In this document: piece after piece, positions 1 through 10,242 of the stretch
How positions within the stretch are numbered: position 1 is the first letter of the stretch
Layout of the letters: each line of letters starts with the position of its first letter
Notes under the pieces: model-generated
Seen by the model: only the letters and a program-made list of their open reading frames with translations
What the model was told of the DNA's origin: nothing
Database searches by the model: none
Program-made: the position numbers and the translations under genes
IMG/VR virus record: IMGVR_UViG_3300042197_003184
Span: 75,965 to 139,964 of that record
Length of the DNA: 64,000 bases
Direction: 5' to 3' (one strand)
Source of the DNA: a virus

Positions 1-137
1 GATGGTGTGGAACACAAGAATAGCGATATTAGTAGCACCAAGGAAATGTGGGAATGGATACCGTATGAATACTACAATAAGCCCTTTATAGAATAAACAA
101 TAGGCTGGACTGCTAATATTTAGATTAACTAATCATT

Positions 138-3053
138 ATGAATGATCCTTTATTTTTAATACGTTTTAGTGCTGATGTTGGTGCCTACGACAGTTCTTAT
201 CCGCAAAAGGATTTGAGTAGTTATAATCTTGCTTTTAATGTAGGGCTCGGCAGATTCACCGAGGCTGCATCATTTAATGGACAAGACAGTCATGTTTTGA
301 TTCATGATTCATTGCCCGCTAACGATTACACTATAGAGATATGGTTCTATACTATAAGCAGTAACAATAAACACGTATTATATCAATATAATAATCAAAA
401 TAATTCTAAAACAGTTATTGTTTATGCTTATAATCAAAATTTATATGTTAGCATTAATAATGTAACTAAATTAATTTTACCTATTACCTATAATCAATGG
501 ACACACTTTGCGTTAGTTAAAAAGCCTGACCTTATTAAGTGTTACATACAGGGAATACCCGGTGACAATACCATACCGGACATCATTAATGATACCGAAA
601 TTAACATGATCATAGGTAATACTTTCGGGTTGGGCAATACAGCCAATAGCGATTTGTTTGGTTGGTACGGCTATATAGACGAAATCAGAGGAATGCCAGA
701 AATAGTATACATAAATGGAGGATTTCCTGTACCAACCGCCCCTTTTCCGGATGTGACCCCAAGTCCCATTCCAACGCCAACCAATAGCGAGACTCCAACT
801 AACACCCCCACCATTACGCCCACTGAAACTCCAACAGAAACTCCAACAGAAACTCCAACAGTAACGCCAACCGAGACCCCAACGGCAACGCCAACAGCAA
901 CTACGACAGTTACTCCGACTGAAACGCCAACTACTACTCCCACAGTAACTCCTACCACAACCCCAACCAATACTCCATCGATAACCCCAACCGAAACACC
1001 GACCAATACTCCAACAATAACGCCAACTGAGACCCCAACGGTTACGCCGACCAATACTCCAACAATAACGCCAACTGAGACCCCAACGGTTACGCCGACT
1101 AATACTCCAACAATAACGCCAACTGAGACCCCAACGGTTACGCCGACTAATACTCCAACAGTAACGCCAACTGAGACCCCAACGGTTACGCCGACTAATA
1201 CTCCAACAATAACGCCAACTGAGACCCCAACGGTTACGCCGACTAATACTCCAACAGTAACGCCAACCAAGACACCCACAAATACACCAACAACAACACC
1301 CACTACGACCCCCACAAATACTTCTACTCAAACACCGTGGTACACGCCGAGCACAACCCCCACAAACAGTCCGACTAACACCACGACTCCAACACCAACT
1401 GTTTCTTCTACAGCTACAGCTACCCCAACAGTATCGGTGTCGGTATCGTGTTCTGCGACCCCTTCTGCAACAGTTACTCCAACAGAAACCCCGACACCTA
1501 CGGCTACTCATACCCCTGTTGTTTCCGTAACTCCTACCCAGACTCCTTCCCCAACAGCAACAGCAACAAATACTCCTCAACCAACAGCAACACCAACAAA
1601 AACAGTCACCGCCACACCAACCAATACGCGTACACAGCCCATATCTGGTACTCCAACACAAACTCCAAACCCAACATCCACACCCACATCGACTCCCACT
1701 GTTTCTCCTACAGCTACTAGCACGCCCACTAAGACAGCCACACCCACCAGAACGCCATCAAGAACACCCAAACCCACCAGGGCTATTGTCACGAAACCCA
1801 AACTAAAGGGCTTGGGCACTAAAAACAACCCTGTTATTGTTAATACCTTAAATAAAGACGAAATTATTACATTCTTTCCTAATCTCAATGGAGAAATCAA
1901 ATATACTTCTGATATTTCTGGGGCTGTCATTGCTGCCAAAAAGAATGGCTTGGTTATAGCTTTAACAACCCCCACTCCTACGCCAACATCCACAAAAACA
2001 CCGACACCAACCGCGACACCGACCAGAACAGCCACTTCTACTGTTACTCGTACGGTAACGCCAACAGTTTCTTCCACCCCTTCCAATACCCCAACAACAT
2101 CCGTAACTGCGACCCCAACAACTACAGTAACCAACACACCGTCTACCACTAATACCCCCACTGTAACCCCATCATTAACATCAACAGCTACGCCAACACC
2201 GTCTATTAGTCCGACAACAACAGTCACGGCAACACCAACATCCACAACATTTCGGACACCTACACCAACAACAACGGTCACTGTATCTAGTACTCCCACC
2301 ACCACAGTTAGCGCTACGCCTACCGTAACACCCACCCCAACTACCACCGCCACCCCCACCTGTTCCGTAAGTCAATCAATAGGATATATACCTTCCCCCC
2401 AAAACATACCACCTACGGCAACTATAACTCCCACCACTACGGTTACAGAAACCATAACACCCACCGTTACTACAACACTTACTGTCACGCCAACAGTTAG
2501 TATTACAACCAGTAATACAGAAACGCCATACCCAACCGCCACACCAACGCCTACTATTACCACAACCAATACAACAACCCCAACAAGAACCGCTATTGCT
2601 ACACCCACCCCAACCGGCACCGCATACGAAACGCCAACCCCCACCCAGACAGTATCCTCAACCCCAACCGCTACCCTAACCTCAACAGCAACAATTACGC
2701 CGACACCCAGTATCACAGAATCTCAAACCCCAACTCCTTCGCCGACCAATACTCGCACCGCAACTCCCACCCCAACAAGCACCACTACCGGATCAACGAC
2801 TCCCACGCCGACCAAAACACCAAGACCAGGAACAAATACAGGTCCTGGATGTGCATTATTTGTTACAACAAGAGATCAGATACAGATTTATTTAGATGAG
2901 TCATTCACAGGAGAAAGCTCTAGCGGAGAGATTAAGATATGGATAGAACCAAAAGTTAGTTGCAATTCTATTCCTAACAGAAGGGGTTTTTCTCCGCCAC
3001 CCACCCCAACATCACAATCTTCTCAAACTAATTCATCACCATCTACGAGTTGA
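138..3053 (+). CDS. LamG/ConA-like domain protein with very long Pro/Thr (mucin-like) repeats; putative virion fibre/adhesin
   Basis: N-terminal LamG motifs ([25 protein letters not shown]) followed by long TPT repeat tracts; a second globular segment is interrupted by PT repeats. Confidence 0.75.
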   Translation: MNDPLFLIRFSADVGAYDSSYPQKDLSSYNLAFNVGLGRFTEAASFNGQDSHVLIHDSLPANDYTIEIWFYTISSNNKHVLYQYNNQNNSKTVIVYAYNQNLYVSINNVTKLILPITYNQWTHFALVKKPDLIKCYIQGIPGDNTIPDIINDTEINMIIGNTFGLGNTANSDLFGWYGYIDEIRGMPEIVYINGGFPVPTAPFPDVTPSPIPTPTNSETPTNTPTITPTETPTETPTETPTVTPTETPTATPTATTTVTPTETPTTTPTVTPTTTPTNTPSITPTETPTNTPTITPTETPTVTPTNTPTITPTETPTVTPTNTPTITPTETPTVTPTNTPTVTPTETPTVTPTNTPTITPTETPTVTPTNTPTVTPTKTPTNTPTTTPTTTPTNTSTQTPWYTPSTTPTNSPTNTTTPTPTVSSTATATPTVSVSVSCSATPSATVTPTETPTPTATHTPVVSVTPTQTPSPTATATNTPQPTATPTKTVTATPTNTRTQPISGTPTQTPNPTSTPTSTPTVSPTATSTPTKTATPTRTPSRTPKPTRAIVTKPKLKGLGTKNNPVIVNTLNKDEIITFFPNLNGEIKYTSDISGAVIAAKKNGLVIALTTPTPTPTSTKTPTPTATPTRTATSTVTRTVTPTVSSTPSNTPTTSVTATPTTTVTNTPSTTNTPTVTPSLTSTATPTPSISPTTTVTATPTSTTFRTPTPTTTVTVSSTPTTTVSATPTVTPTPTTTATPTCSVSQSIGYIPSPQNIPPTATITPTTTVTETITPTVTTTLTVTPTVSITTSNTETPYPTATPTPTITTTNTTTPTRTAIATPTPTGTAYETPTPTQTVSSTPTATLTSTATITPTPSITESQTPTPSPTNTRTATPTPTSTTTGSTTPTPTKTPRPGTNTGPGCALFVTTRDQIQIYLDESFTGESSSGEIKIWIEPKVSCNSIPNRRGFSPPPTPTSQSSQTNSSPSTS
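999..1267 (+). repeat. 48-bp tandem repeat, about 5.5 copies, encoding [15 protein letters not shown](I/V)
   Basis: Unit cgccaactgagaccccaacggttacgccgacYaatactccaacaRtaa starts at 1021, 1069, 1117, 1165 and 1213. Confidence 0.9.
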
Positions 3054-3448
3054 TTATGCAGCATATTGTTCTGGATCAGTTTATATTTTGTAATTTTATT
3101 ACTAACAATATGATAGACTTTACGTGCTCTATCTGTGGAAGAAAGATAAAAGCCCAAGAAATACAAACAGAGATACCAAAATTTATATGTTTGGGCTCTA
3201 AGAACGGAGAAGACATTATCGACAAAATTAAAACAATATCTGCTATGTCTAATCAAAAGTCTTCGGGGTCATTATGTAATGATCAAGAGATACAAAAAAG
3301 ATACAATATATGCCAATCATGTATACACTTCAACCACAGCACATGCTCGTTGTGTGGGTGTCCATTGAGCAGAGAGAGGGATTTTGTCAATAAGTTAGCA
3401 TTTAAAAAAGAAAAGTGTCCGGAAGGAAAATGGGACCAAGAATCTTAG
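3050..3448 (+). CDS. Small Cys-rich phage protein (true start may be ATG 3110)
   Basis: CxxC motifs: [13 protein letters not shown]...CSLCGC...KCPEGKW. Confidence 0.6.
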   Translation: MIMQHIVLDQFIFCNFITNNMIDFTCSICGRKIKAQEIQTEIPKFICLGSKNGEDIIDKIKTISAMSNQKSSGSLCNDQEIQKRYNICQSCIHFNHSTCSLCGCPLSRERDFVNKLAFKKEKCPEGKWDQES

Positions 3449-3780
3449 TTCTTGTCCTTGGTCCATTTATGCCAACCCTTATTTTGCAAATAATTACCGT
3501 CGTCGTCTTTGCGTTTTGGAAAAAGAGTTCCTCCCTTTTTGTGTTGGCCAAAGGATAAAACACCCCCGCAACCATTACATCTGAGTTCGTAATAGTCGTT
3601 GCCATCAACATTCCTAACCACAAATCTCAGATTATCCTTATCGCACAATCCACAAGATTCTTCCGAGAAAATCTCTTGTATAAGAGCCAACTCCTTAAAA
3701 ATTTCTTTTTGGCCCGAACCCTCTAATTCAAAAGACAACCTATCATTTGCTTTAAAAAATACTTTCATGATTACTTCCAT
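3445..3780 (-). CDS. Hypothetical Zn-ribbon protein
   Basis: CGLC...CNGCG; tightly coupled to the upstream gene. Confidence 0.6.
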   Translation of the reverse strand: MEVIMKVFFKANDRLSFELEGSGQKEIFKELALIQEIFSEESCGLCDKDNLRFVVRNVDGNDYYELRCNGCGGVLSFGQHKKGGTLFPKRKDDDGNYLQNKGWHKWTKDKN

Positions 3781-4517
3781 TCGTTGTGATAGCCAATAAT
3801 ATTTTCTGATATATTGGTCATATCTTGTTGGTATGAAGACAATAACCTAATAACCGTTACTGCATCATCATGGGACAGAGCATAGATATTCTGATTTTCC
3901 ATGTTGTTTTCTTGCAGTAATTTGGTCACATTTATATTAAGTCTTTTTGACAATACGTCAATGAAGTTAATCTGATTATTTGTAATTTTTGATACAGAAT
4001 TGTGGTCAGGATGATCTTCGATATCTTTGGCCAATTCTTCAGCAGCCACCACTTTTCGTAACTTAAGAGCCCTTCTCAGAGCCCTACCTTCTGCTCTGGT
4101 TTCTGCTACGGCCACTGGATGATTACGATACACCTTATCACAGTTACCCCAATAAACGTCTGCTGAGCCATCTATAGACACGGTATTTAATTCTGGTCTC
4201 TCCGGATTACCAGTATTTAAACAGTACGTTATGGAGTGAACCACAGTGGCTCTTTTTTCATTATCCGGACTAGGAGACTGAACCACAGAACTAGTAGACA
4301 TAATAATCTTACAATCCAGAGCCTTCTCAAATACTCTCCTTAAACCATCCGTAGTAGGATTGCCACTAATTTTTTCATCATCGCTCAATAAGCTTAGAAC
4401 ATGATCTGTCCACTCCAGATCATTAGGTGTGACAGATACCTGACTCGGTGTTGATATATTTTGTTCTTCTGTATTGACAACATCTTGCTGGGTTTCTTTC
4501 TTAGTAGCTTTAGCCAT
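3771..4517 (-). CDS. Putative single-strand annealing protein (Rad52/Sak-like)
   Basis: AVAETRAEGRALRRAL helix motif resembling the Rad52/Sak fold; C-terminal ITNNQINFI...LSHDDA segment; replication context. Confidence 0.5.
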   Translation of the reverse strand: MAKATKKETQQDVVNTEEQNISTPSQVSVTPNDLEWTDHVLSLLSDDEKISGNPTTDGLRRVFEKALDCKIIMSTSSVVQSPSPDNEKRATVVHSITYCLNTGNPERPELNTVSIDGSADVYWGNCDKVYRNHPVAVAETRAEGRALRRALKLRKVVAAEELAKDIEDHPDHNSVSKITNNQINFIDVLSKRLNINVTKLLQENNMENQNIYALSHDDAVTVIRLLSSYQQDMTNISENIIGYHNEWK

Positions 4518-4522
4518 ATAAT

Positions 4523-5329
4523 TTAATCCTCTATTAAAAACTTTCTATTGTCTGCTGTTGGAAATTGAGATGAAATTTGTTTGATAATATCCACTAAACG
4601 ATTATAAATAATTGTGGCTCTGGTTTTTGAGAAGTCCTTGGTCTGCTTGATCCTGATTAAAACCATTCCTCTACCCAAGATCAGACCTTCTTTTTTTTGA
4701 TCATATGCTATATTTTTTTGCAGAGCATCCTCTCCCCAAACTGGTAAAAAGTGAGACGGACCATCCACTTCTATAGCTGTAGATATGCTAGGAACAAACA
4801 GATCTATTTGCAACTTGGTATTTGATAGGGTTTGCTCTTTATGAAATTCAATCTTATAGCCGTCCTCCAATAACCTATTAAGCAAAAAACTCTCCAGTTT
4901 CGATCCTGTTTTACTGGCTTTTCTAACCGCGTTATTGGCTGATTTAGTAATGTTTTGTTTCACATTGTCGTCTAGGTTTTCCCAAGCCTCCTTGCATTTT
5001 CTTTTTCTATCGGCCAGCTCTTTTGACGTTAGATTTTCCCATGATGTCATAACGCCCATACCTATTTTTTGCTTGGTTAGTTCGTTCCTTTTTGATCCTT
5101 TGGTTGGATGTTTATGTTTACCTGTTTTCAAAGCATTTTTTTGAGCATCAGATTTGTCTCTGATTGGTATTTTGAGAGATATAGCGTCTCTTCTGATTTT
5201 ATTAGGGTATGTATTGTATTCGTGGGCTATATCGGCAAAGCTCTTATTCTGATTTATATACATACCTTGAATAAGGTCTTTTTTTTGATCCTTAGATAAT
5301 TTATCATAGGATTTTGATAATTGATTCAT
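4523..5329 (-). CDS. DUF559/Vsr-like PD-(D/E)XK endonuclease with basic N-terminal region (homing-endonuclease-like)
   Basis: SKLE...QIDLF...AIEVDGPSH...DQKK...LIRI motif set. Confidence 0.65.
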   Translation of the reverse strand: MNQLSKSYDKLSKDQKKDLIQGMYINQNKSFADIAHEYNTYPNKIRRDAISLKIPIRDKSDAQKNALKTGKHKHPTKGSKRNELTKQKIGMGVMTSWENLTSKELADRKRKCKEAWENLDDNVKQNITKSANNAVRKASKTGSKLESFLLNRLLEDGYKIEFHKEQTLSNTKLQIDLFVPSISTAIEVDGPSHFLPVWGEDALQKNIAYDQKKEGLILGRGMVLIRIKQTKDFSKTRATIIYNRLVDIIKQISSQFPTADNRKFLIED

Positions 5330-5798
5330 GATTAAATTCCTCCATAATACCTACCGGTGTTTTCCAGCATATGCTGTATATGTCATTAATTTCTTTATTT
5401 TTTGCTATTATACTCAAATTGTCTTTCATAAAAATATCATACCATTCCTGATATGATCCGCTGATGTGTTCTGTCCATGGAATGTTTTCAGCATACCAAT
5501 ATCTAGCATGTATATTGGGACAATTTTGAGTGAGTACGATAGATGTTATATCGAATAAAAAAAGATTTCCATAGAAGAATTTAGATTCATTTAAGTGCAA
5601 TATTGGAACGTTATGCGTCGATATGCGTTCATTATAACTAGCAAAAACACAAATATGTCTGTCTATTTCGGCGTCTATCAAAGACTTAACAGATCTTAGT
5701 ATGTGATCATGGGCATTATTGTTTAATAGTTTTGGTATTACAAATCCGATATCTTTTATGCTTGGATCGATTTTTCTTTTTTTTGTTTTAAGTGTCAT
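5304..5798 (-). CDS. Hypothetical protein, possible glycosyltransferase fragment
   Basis: Overlapping-operon position within the GT cluster; only weak GT-B N-domain resemblance. Confidence 0.45.
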   Translation of the reverse strand: MTLKTKKRKIDPSIKDIGFVIPKLLNNNAHDHILRSVKSLIDAEIDRHICVFASYNERISTHNVPILHLNESKFFYGNLFLFDITSIVLTQNCPNIHARYWYAENIPWTEHISGSYQEWYDIFMKDNLSIIAKNKEINDIYSICWKTPVGIMEEFNHESIIKIL

Positions 5799-6553
5799 GG
5801 TAATATATTTTTGGTTATGAAATCTGCATAAGATACTGCCGAGGATAGTTTTTGTTTCCAGTATTTATTTTTATTGGTGTCTATTAAAAAATTCTTAGTT
5901 TTTGTGTTTTTCGATACGTTAGCAGAACTAACGAGGCTACAGCCGCACGACACAGCCTCTAATGAATAGTAATCATTGATATCTACAAAAAAACTACTTT
6001 TCTTCAATATGTTGGCCTTATGGAATTCATTTAATAAGCCTAAATTTTGTTTATGCTTGATATTGATGTTATTAAACATTTTTATAGGCAATTGACTATT
6101 AGGGTATAGGTATTTGGTCAAGGTGTCTGGAATCTCATTACCACATTGATCCAAAAATACTGTAGCAAAATTTTCTTTAGTGGTTGTTTTGTCGGCTATA
6201 AACAACGATGTATTTAAAATATTTTCTGGGATAACTATATTAGTATTATCGATAGCAGACCAATGAAAGGTTTTACAAACTCTATTAAAATCCATAAGTT
6301 CAGTATATTGACTATTATTAGGATAGTACAACATAAATGTTTTGTTTTTATTATGATATTCTGATATGAATTGTGCTATTTCGTTTGAAAATAAATCTGA
6401 TATAAAAACATATGCATCAAACTTATACAAATAGTCTAGCTTATAAAGAGTATTGTTTATATTGGCGGATATAGTTTCAGTAGATAATTGACGTAAAGAT
6501 ATAATTAGATTATTAATAAATTTATCATTAAATTGTTGTACAAATATTTTCAT
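5795..6553 (-). CDS. Divergent glycosyltransferase-like protein
   Basis: C-terminal NLGLL...ILKKS..F...YSLEAVSCGC resembles the GT-B donor-binding motif. Confidence 0.5.
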   Translation of the reverse strand: MKIFVQQFNDKFINNLIISLRQLSTETISANINNTLYKLDYLYKFDAYVFISDLFSNEIAQFISEYHNKNKTFMLYYPNNSQYTELMDFNRVCKTFHWSAIDNTNIVIPENILNTSLFIADKTTTKENFATVFLDQCGNEIPDTLTKYLYPNSQLPIKMFNNINIKHKQNLGLLNEFHKANILKKSSFFVDINDYYSLEAVSCGCSLVSSANVSKNTKTKNFLIDTNKNKYWKQKLSSAVSYADFITKNILP

Positions 6554-7269
6554 ATAAATGCCTTGGCTTTGGATATGTCCTTAAGACCAGTTACTTTCAT
6601 AATTTTTTGCTTAGGTATGATACAGCTATCAAAACCATGACCAGAGTCTATCAAAAGATTAATAATCTCGAACAGATATAGCTGATCCATATTGTGTTTG
6701 TCCAACAGGGATTTTAGTCTGGTTATTGCAGAACTATTGAGATATACGCATTCTGACCATTTTTGGGGAAGATCATAAAATAGATAATCCACCGTTGTTG
6801 TGTCATGACACCCAACATCAAAATAGTTTTTAGGTTTACTGAGTATATAAATTCTAGAATGTTTTTTATTGATCGTAAAAACATGCTTAAACATAATTCC
6901 ACTACTTAATATTAAAGCATTGTCGAGCTTGCCAGAAACTATACACTGCACAATACCCTTGCCCTGATTACTGTTTTTATAGTCCTGATTATACATTATT
7001 TCTATATTTTTATACTGTTGTGCTATTTTATGTATTTTTTCAGACTCAAACCCTGTAGAAATGTATATTTTACTACCAGGATAAAATTTTTGTAGTGATA
7101 TGATTTGGTGTTCTATTAAAGATGTTGAGTTCTTAAGTTTTAGCAAAGACTTGGAACCAACCGACTTCATGCCTTTGGTGATCTCGGCTGCTGTAATAAT
7201 AATATTAAGTTGTTCTTTTTTATGTTCCATATTCATATGAAATAATTTCTGGCGTACTATTAATAGCAT
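6550..7269 (-). CDS. Nucleotidyltransferase (LicC/NTP-transferase-like)
   Basis: IIITAA...GMKSVGSKSLLKL...LIEHQI...TGFESEKI...YNQDY..SN motifs. Confidence 0.7.
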   Translation of the reverse strand: MLLIVRQKLFHMNMEHKKEQLNIIITAAEITKGMKSVGSKSLLKLKNSTSLIEHQIISLQKFYPGSKIYISTGFESEKIHKIAQQYKNIEIMYNQDYKNSNQGKGIVQCIVSGKLDNALILSSGIMFKHVFTINKKHSRIYILSKPKNYFDVGCHDTTTVDYLFYDLPQKWSECVYLNSSAITRLKSLLDKHNMDQLYLFEIINLLIDSGHGFDSCIIPKQKIMKVTGLKDISKAKAFI

Positions 7270-7981
7270 TCAAAATATTTTCTTCTGCTCTCCGTGCCGT
7301 AAAATAGTTTGTATAAGATATTAATAAGCCAGTAAAGTCAGTATTATCATGGCCTCTTTTTTTCATAACATGGAAATCTCTTTGTTCTATAATACAAATG
7401 GTATTGATTTCGTTAATGTCTTGTTCTAGTTCTGATGATTTATCAATATTGTAAATCAGGACAAACTTAGCGCCATTAGCGTTTTTATTTCCACCGATTA
7501 TAGAATGTAATGCTTCGGTGTATGAAGTGCCTTCTAAAAATACATGAGTCTTCCATGGAATGTCCAATGCTAGTGTTTTACGTATAGTTTCTATTTTTTC
7601 TTGATTGTGTTTACTATGAGAAAATAAACAGAACGATATAAATTTGGGGAGTATAGACCCACCACTGATGGTTTGACAGTGTTTTGTCAGAGTTTCTGTA
7701 TTAATATCTGTAATATCTAAGACGAGATGTATTTGAATAGCAGCATTATTTAATATAGATCTTTTAATATCTTCTATAGAAATAGAGTCTTTGTTAGTTT
7801 CGAAAGTCTCTTTGGAGAAACCCATTCTACACTGGTAGTCTTCTATTTCGTAGTATTCATCTACTACTGATAGTTTTTTATGGTTTGTAGACAGCAGATG
7901 TTCGACAACTCCGTGCTCGCAGGCTTCGTTTTGTAACGCTGGGTGTGCAAAAAGACATTTTCTACATGATGTTTTTTTCAT
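7220..7981 (-). CDS. Hypothetical protein with Cys-rich N-terminus
   Basis: TSCRKCLFA...C...C; lies in the GT operon. Confidence 0.55.
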   Translation of the reverse strand: MKKTSCRKCLFAHPALQNEACEHGVVEHLLSTNHKKLSVVDEYYEIEDYQCRMGFSKETFETNKDSISIEDIKRSILNNAAIQIHLVLDITDINTETLTKHCQTISGGSILPKFISFCLFSHSKHNQEKIETIRKTLALDIPWKTHVFLEGTSYTEALHSIIGGNKNANGAKFVLIYNIDKSSELEQDINEINTICIIEQRDFHVMKKRGHDNTDFTGLLISYTNYFTARRAEENILNAINSTPEIISYEYGT

Positions 7982-8391
7982 ATAAGATTGATTCTAGTAA
8001 TAGTTGCTAATATATGATAGTCTTGATATTCTATTCTTGAAATAATAAAATTATCATCAATTAAAGCGTTTAATTTATCAATACTGAGTAATGACTTGTT
8101 ATCCTGAAAAAATAACACAATATCATCATCTGATATGCTATTATCATAGTAGGCTTTAGTAATAATTTTCGCATTAATAAATTTGAATACGGCAGTACCC
8201 CCAACCCTAATTTTAGACATAATGGATGATACTAGGTTTTGTCTTTGCTCGTTATTTAATTCATTAATATTATCGCAATATAAAGTATCTACGGAATGAT
8301 TGATTATTCTATCGACCATACCAACAGAGATACTATCGAAATTAGCAATTGATCCTTGTTTATTCCCATAAAGATAAATATTTCTACTCAT
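7978..8391 (-). CDS. Hypothetical protein, degenerate methyltransferase-like
   Basis: NHSVDTLY...SKIRVGG resembles class I methyltransferase motifs; no clear SAM-binding GxGxG. Confidence 0.4.
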   Translation of the reverse strand: MSRNIYLYGNKQGSIANFDSISVGMVDRIINHSVDTLYCDNINELNNEQRQNLVSSIMSKIRVGGTAVFKFINAKIITKAYYDNSISDDDIVLFFQDNKSLLSIDKLNALIDDNFIISRIEYQDYHILATITRINLI

Positions 8392-9233
8392 ATTGTAAAT
8401 GGCTCCCCTGCTTGTTTAATAAAAATCTCCGATATAGCTCCATCAAATACCTCAAAGCTATGAGACTGTAAAAGGCGGTTTCTTATATCTAGGTTTCTTT
8501 TTTTATCGTAATTTTTTATGGATTTCTGTATACTGTCATTCAGGCTATTACTGTCTTTAAAGGTTAGTATATGATCATGATCATAGGTATGATTAGATAT
8601 AATAGAACATCCACAAACAGAGGCAAACAAAGTATTAACATAACCATCAAATATCAGAGCAACTTTATATTGATTCAGATTGTCCGCTATACTGTCTAAA
8701 TTATTAAATTCCGTTATTATACCCGCATCTGGTAGTATATCTAAAATTTGCTGATGAATAATTCTGCATTGTCTTATATTCTGATTGGATACTAATACTA
8801 TAGATTTTCTGTTCTGTTCATTGATAGGGTATTCTGGAATACCAATTTTCATAGTATCTATTTTTATGGGCCAAGCTTTAGCTACAGACTCATTGAAACA
8901 TATCTTGGTTATGTTTTTAAGAGAGTTATTCAATATAATGAGGTCTTCTTTTTTTAAATAGGTCGCCGGTAAATTATCTATAAATACTAGACCATTAATA
9001 TATTCTTGAAACATAATGGTTTTGATACTTTGATGATCTAAGTAGTTGGTAGATACGCACAGTGACCAGTCTGTGCTTACTCCGCAACTAGAGTGTAGTA
9101 TGTTAGCTTTTTTTATTTTGTATAATATTAGGTCTATAATAGAACTATTTGAGTTGCTAATAATATTCAAACCATGATTGTGTTTAATCTTGGCTGCTGT
9201 ATTAATAATATTGGCTGTGGCTGAGTGTTGCAT
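8388..9233 (-). CDS. Divergent glycosyltransferase-like protein
   Basis: LNQYKV...LFASVCGCSIIS resembles a GT-B C-domain. Confidence 0.45.
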   Translation of the reverse strand: MQHSATANIINTAAKIKHNHGLNIISNSNSSIIDLILYKIKKANILHSSCGVSTDWSLCVSTNYLDHQSIKTIMFQEYINGLVFIDNLPATYLKKEDLIILNNSLKNITKICFNESVAKAWPIKIDTMKIGIPEYPINEQNRKSIVLVSNQNIRQCRIIHQQILDILPDAGIITEFNNLDSIADNLNQYKVALIFDGYVNTLFASVCGCSIISNHTYDHDHILTFKDSNSLNDSIQKSIKNYDKKRNLDIRNRLLQSHSFEVFDGAISEIFIKQAGEPFTI

Positions 9234-9234
9234 A

Positions 9235-10242
9235 TTATATTAATCTAGATATCGGTATAGTATTTTTTTGACGAGGTTTTTCTGGTTGTTTATAGACAAA
9301 TTCTCTCATATTGTTAATCAAAGAGTTGGTGAGAACAGAAGCGTGATTATCATCTGGTAAATATTTTCTATGTTCGTTAGAGTAGCACGGAACGTCAACA
9401 ATAACGGTATTATCTTCATCCATAATATGATTATTCACAACTTCTGCAATTTCTTTGTGAAGAACTGTCGTACTACGAGAAAAACAAAGCAGGGTTTCAC
9501 AAGTTTTATGTAAGGCAATTTGGTCTTGTATGCTCATAGGGGTGAATAAGAACAGCTCTACTAGACTCTTATTAGATACATTAATATTGAGTTCTTGTTT
9601 GGTTTGTTGAATAAATCTGGTCAGATCCTTCTGGTCCTCAGAGTCTCCGGTAATTGACAGAATAATACTCTGTCCATCTCTGCATCTAAAAGCTATGTAG
9701 AAAGATAGTAGTATTTTTTTTATTAAGTCGTGTTCACGCTTATAGTGAAAAAAACCATAGAATTTATGGTTGTAGTTGTGTGCCCCAAAATTAAATCTTT
9801 TATCTCCTATCGCAGATATTGTTTCAGATAAATCCACGTCTGTTTTAAGTATTTTAGACTTGATCTCCGACTTTAGCAATAGGCTTATATCCTGATCTGT
9901 ATTAACTATAACTTTATCAAACCTATTTAAATTTTCGATAATACGATCATCTGTTATATTAGAGTAGCCTCCAAATATTGGTATCGCAACGTGTTGTGGA
10001 AAAAAACCAGAATAAGCTAGTTTATCTATTGGGAGATGCTGTATGCAGCAATCATATTTCTCAGACCCGGACGTTTTTTCTAGTTTAGAGATTGATTCGT
10101 TAATGGGACTATATGGGTTATTTTCCAAATAAAATGGTCTTAAATGTAACATATGACTATCTTGTAACGTTTTTATATACCGACGACTAATTTCGCCATA
10201 GTGCGTGTCGTCCCTATATGGTCCCAGATATAAAATATTCAT
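9235..10242 (-). CDS. Glycosyltransferase (GT-B/GT4-like, divergent)
   Basis: MNILYLGPY...YGEISRRY...YDCCIQH N-domain pattern; C-terminal motif degenerate. Confidence 0.6.
   Translation of the reverse strand: MNILYLGPYRDDTHYGEISRRYIKTLQDSHMLHLRPFYLENNPYSPINESISKLEKTSGSEKYDCCIQHLPIDKLAYSGFFPQHVAIPIFGGYSNITDDRIIENLNRFDKVIVNTDQDISLLLKSEIKSKILKTDVDLSETISAIGDKRFNFGAHNYNHKFYGFFHYKREHDLIKKILLSFYIAFRCRDGQSIILSITGDSEDQKDLTRFIQQTKQELNINVSNKSLVELFLFTPMSIQDQIALHKTCETLLCFSRSTTVLHKEIAEVVNNHIMDEDNTVIVDVPCYSNEHRKYLPDDNHASVLTNSLINNMREFVYKQPEKPRQKNTIPISRLI

Noticed and set aside
1-137. 3' end of an upstream CDS
   Set aside because: Two frames are open for about 30 codons and the correct one cannot be determined
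999-1267. CRISPR array (with the Cas4-like gene at 16769-17851 as a cas gene)
   Set aside because: Contiguous in-frame coding repeats with no unique spacers; solo Cas4-like nucleases are common in phage replication modules
513-2716. Long antisense ORFs (GV-rich, CW-rich), also around 33298-33859, 44635-46704, 49299-50410 and 58249-60924
   Set aside because: Shadows of PT-repeat, Gly-rich or high-GC coding sequence
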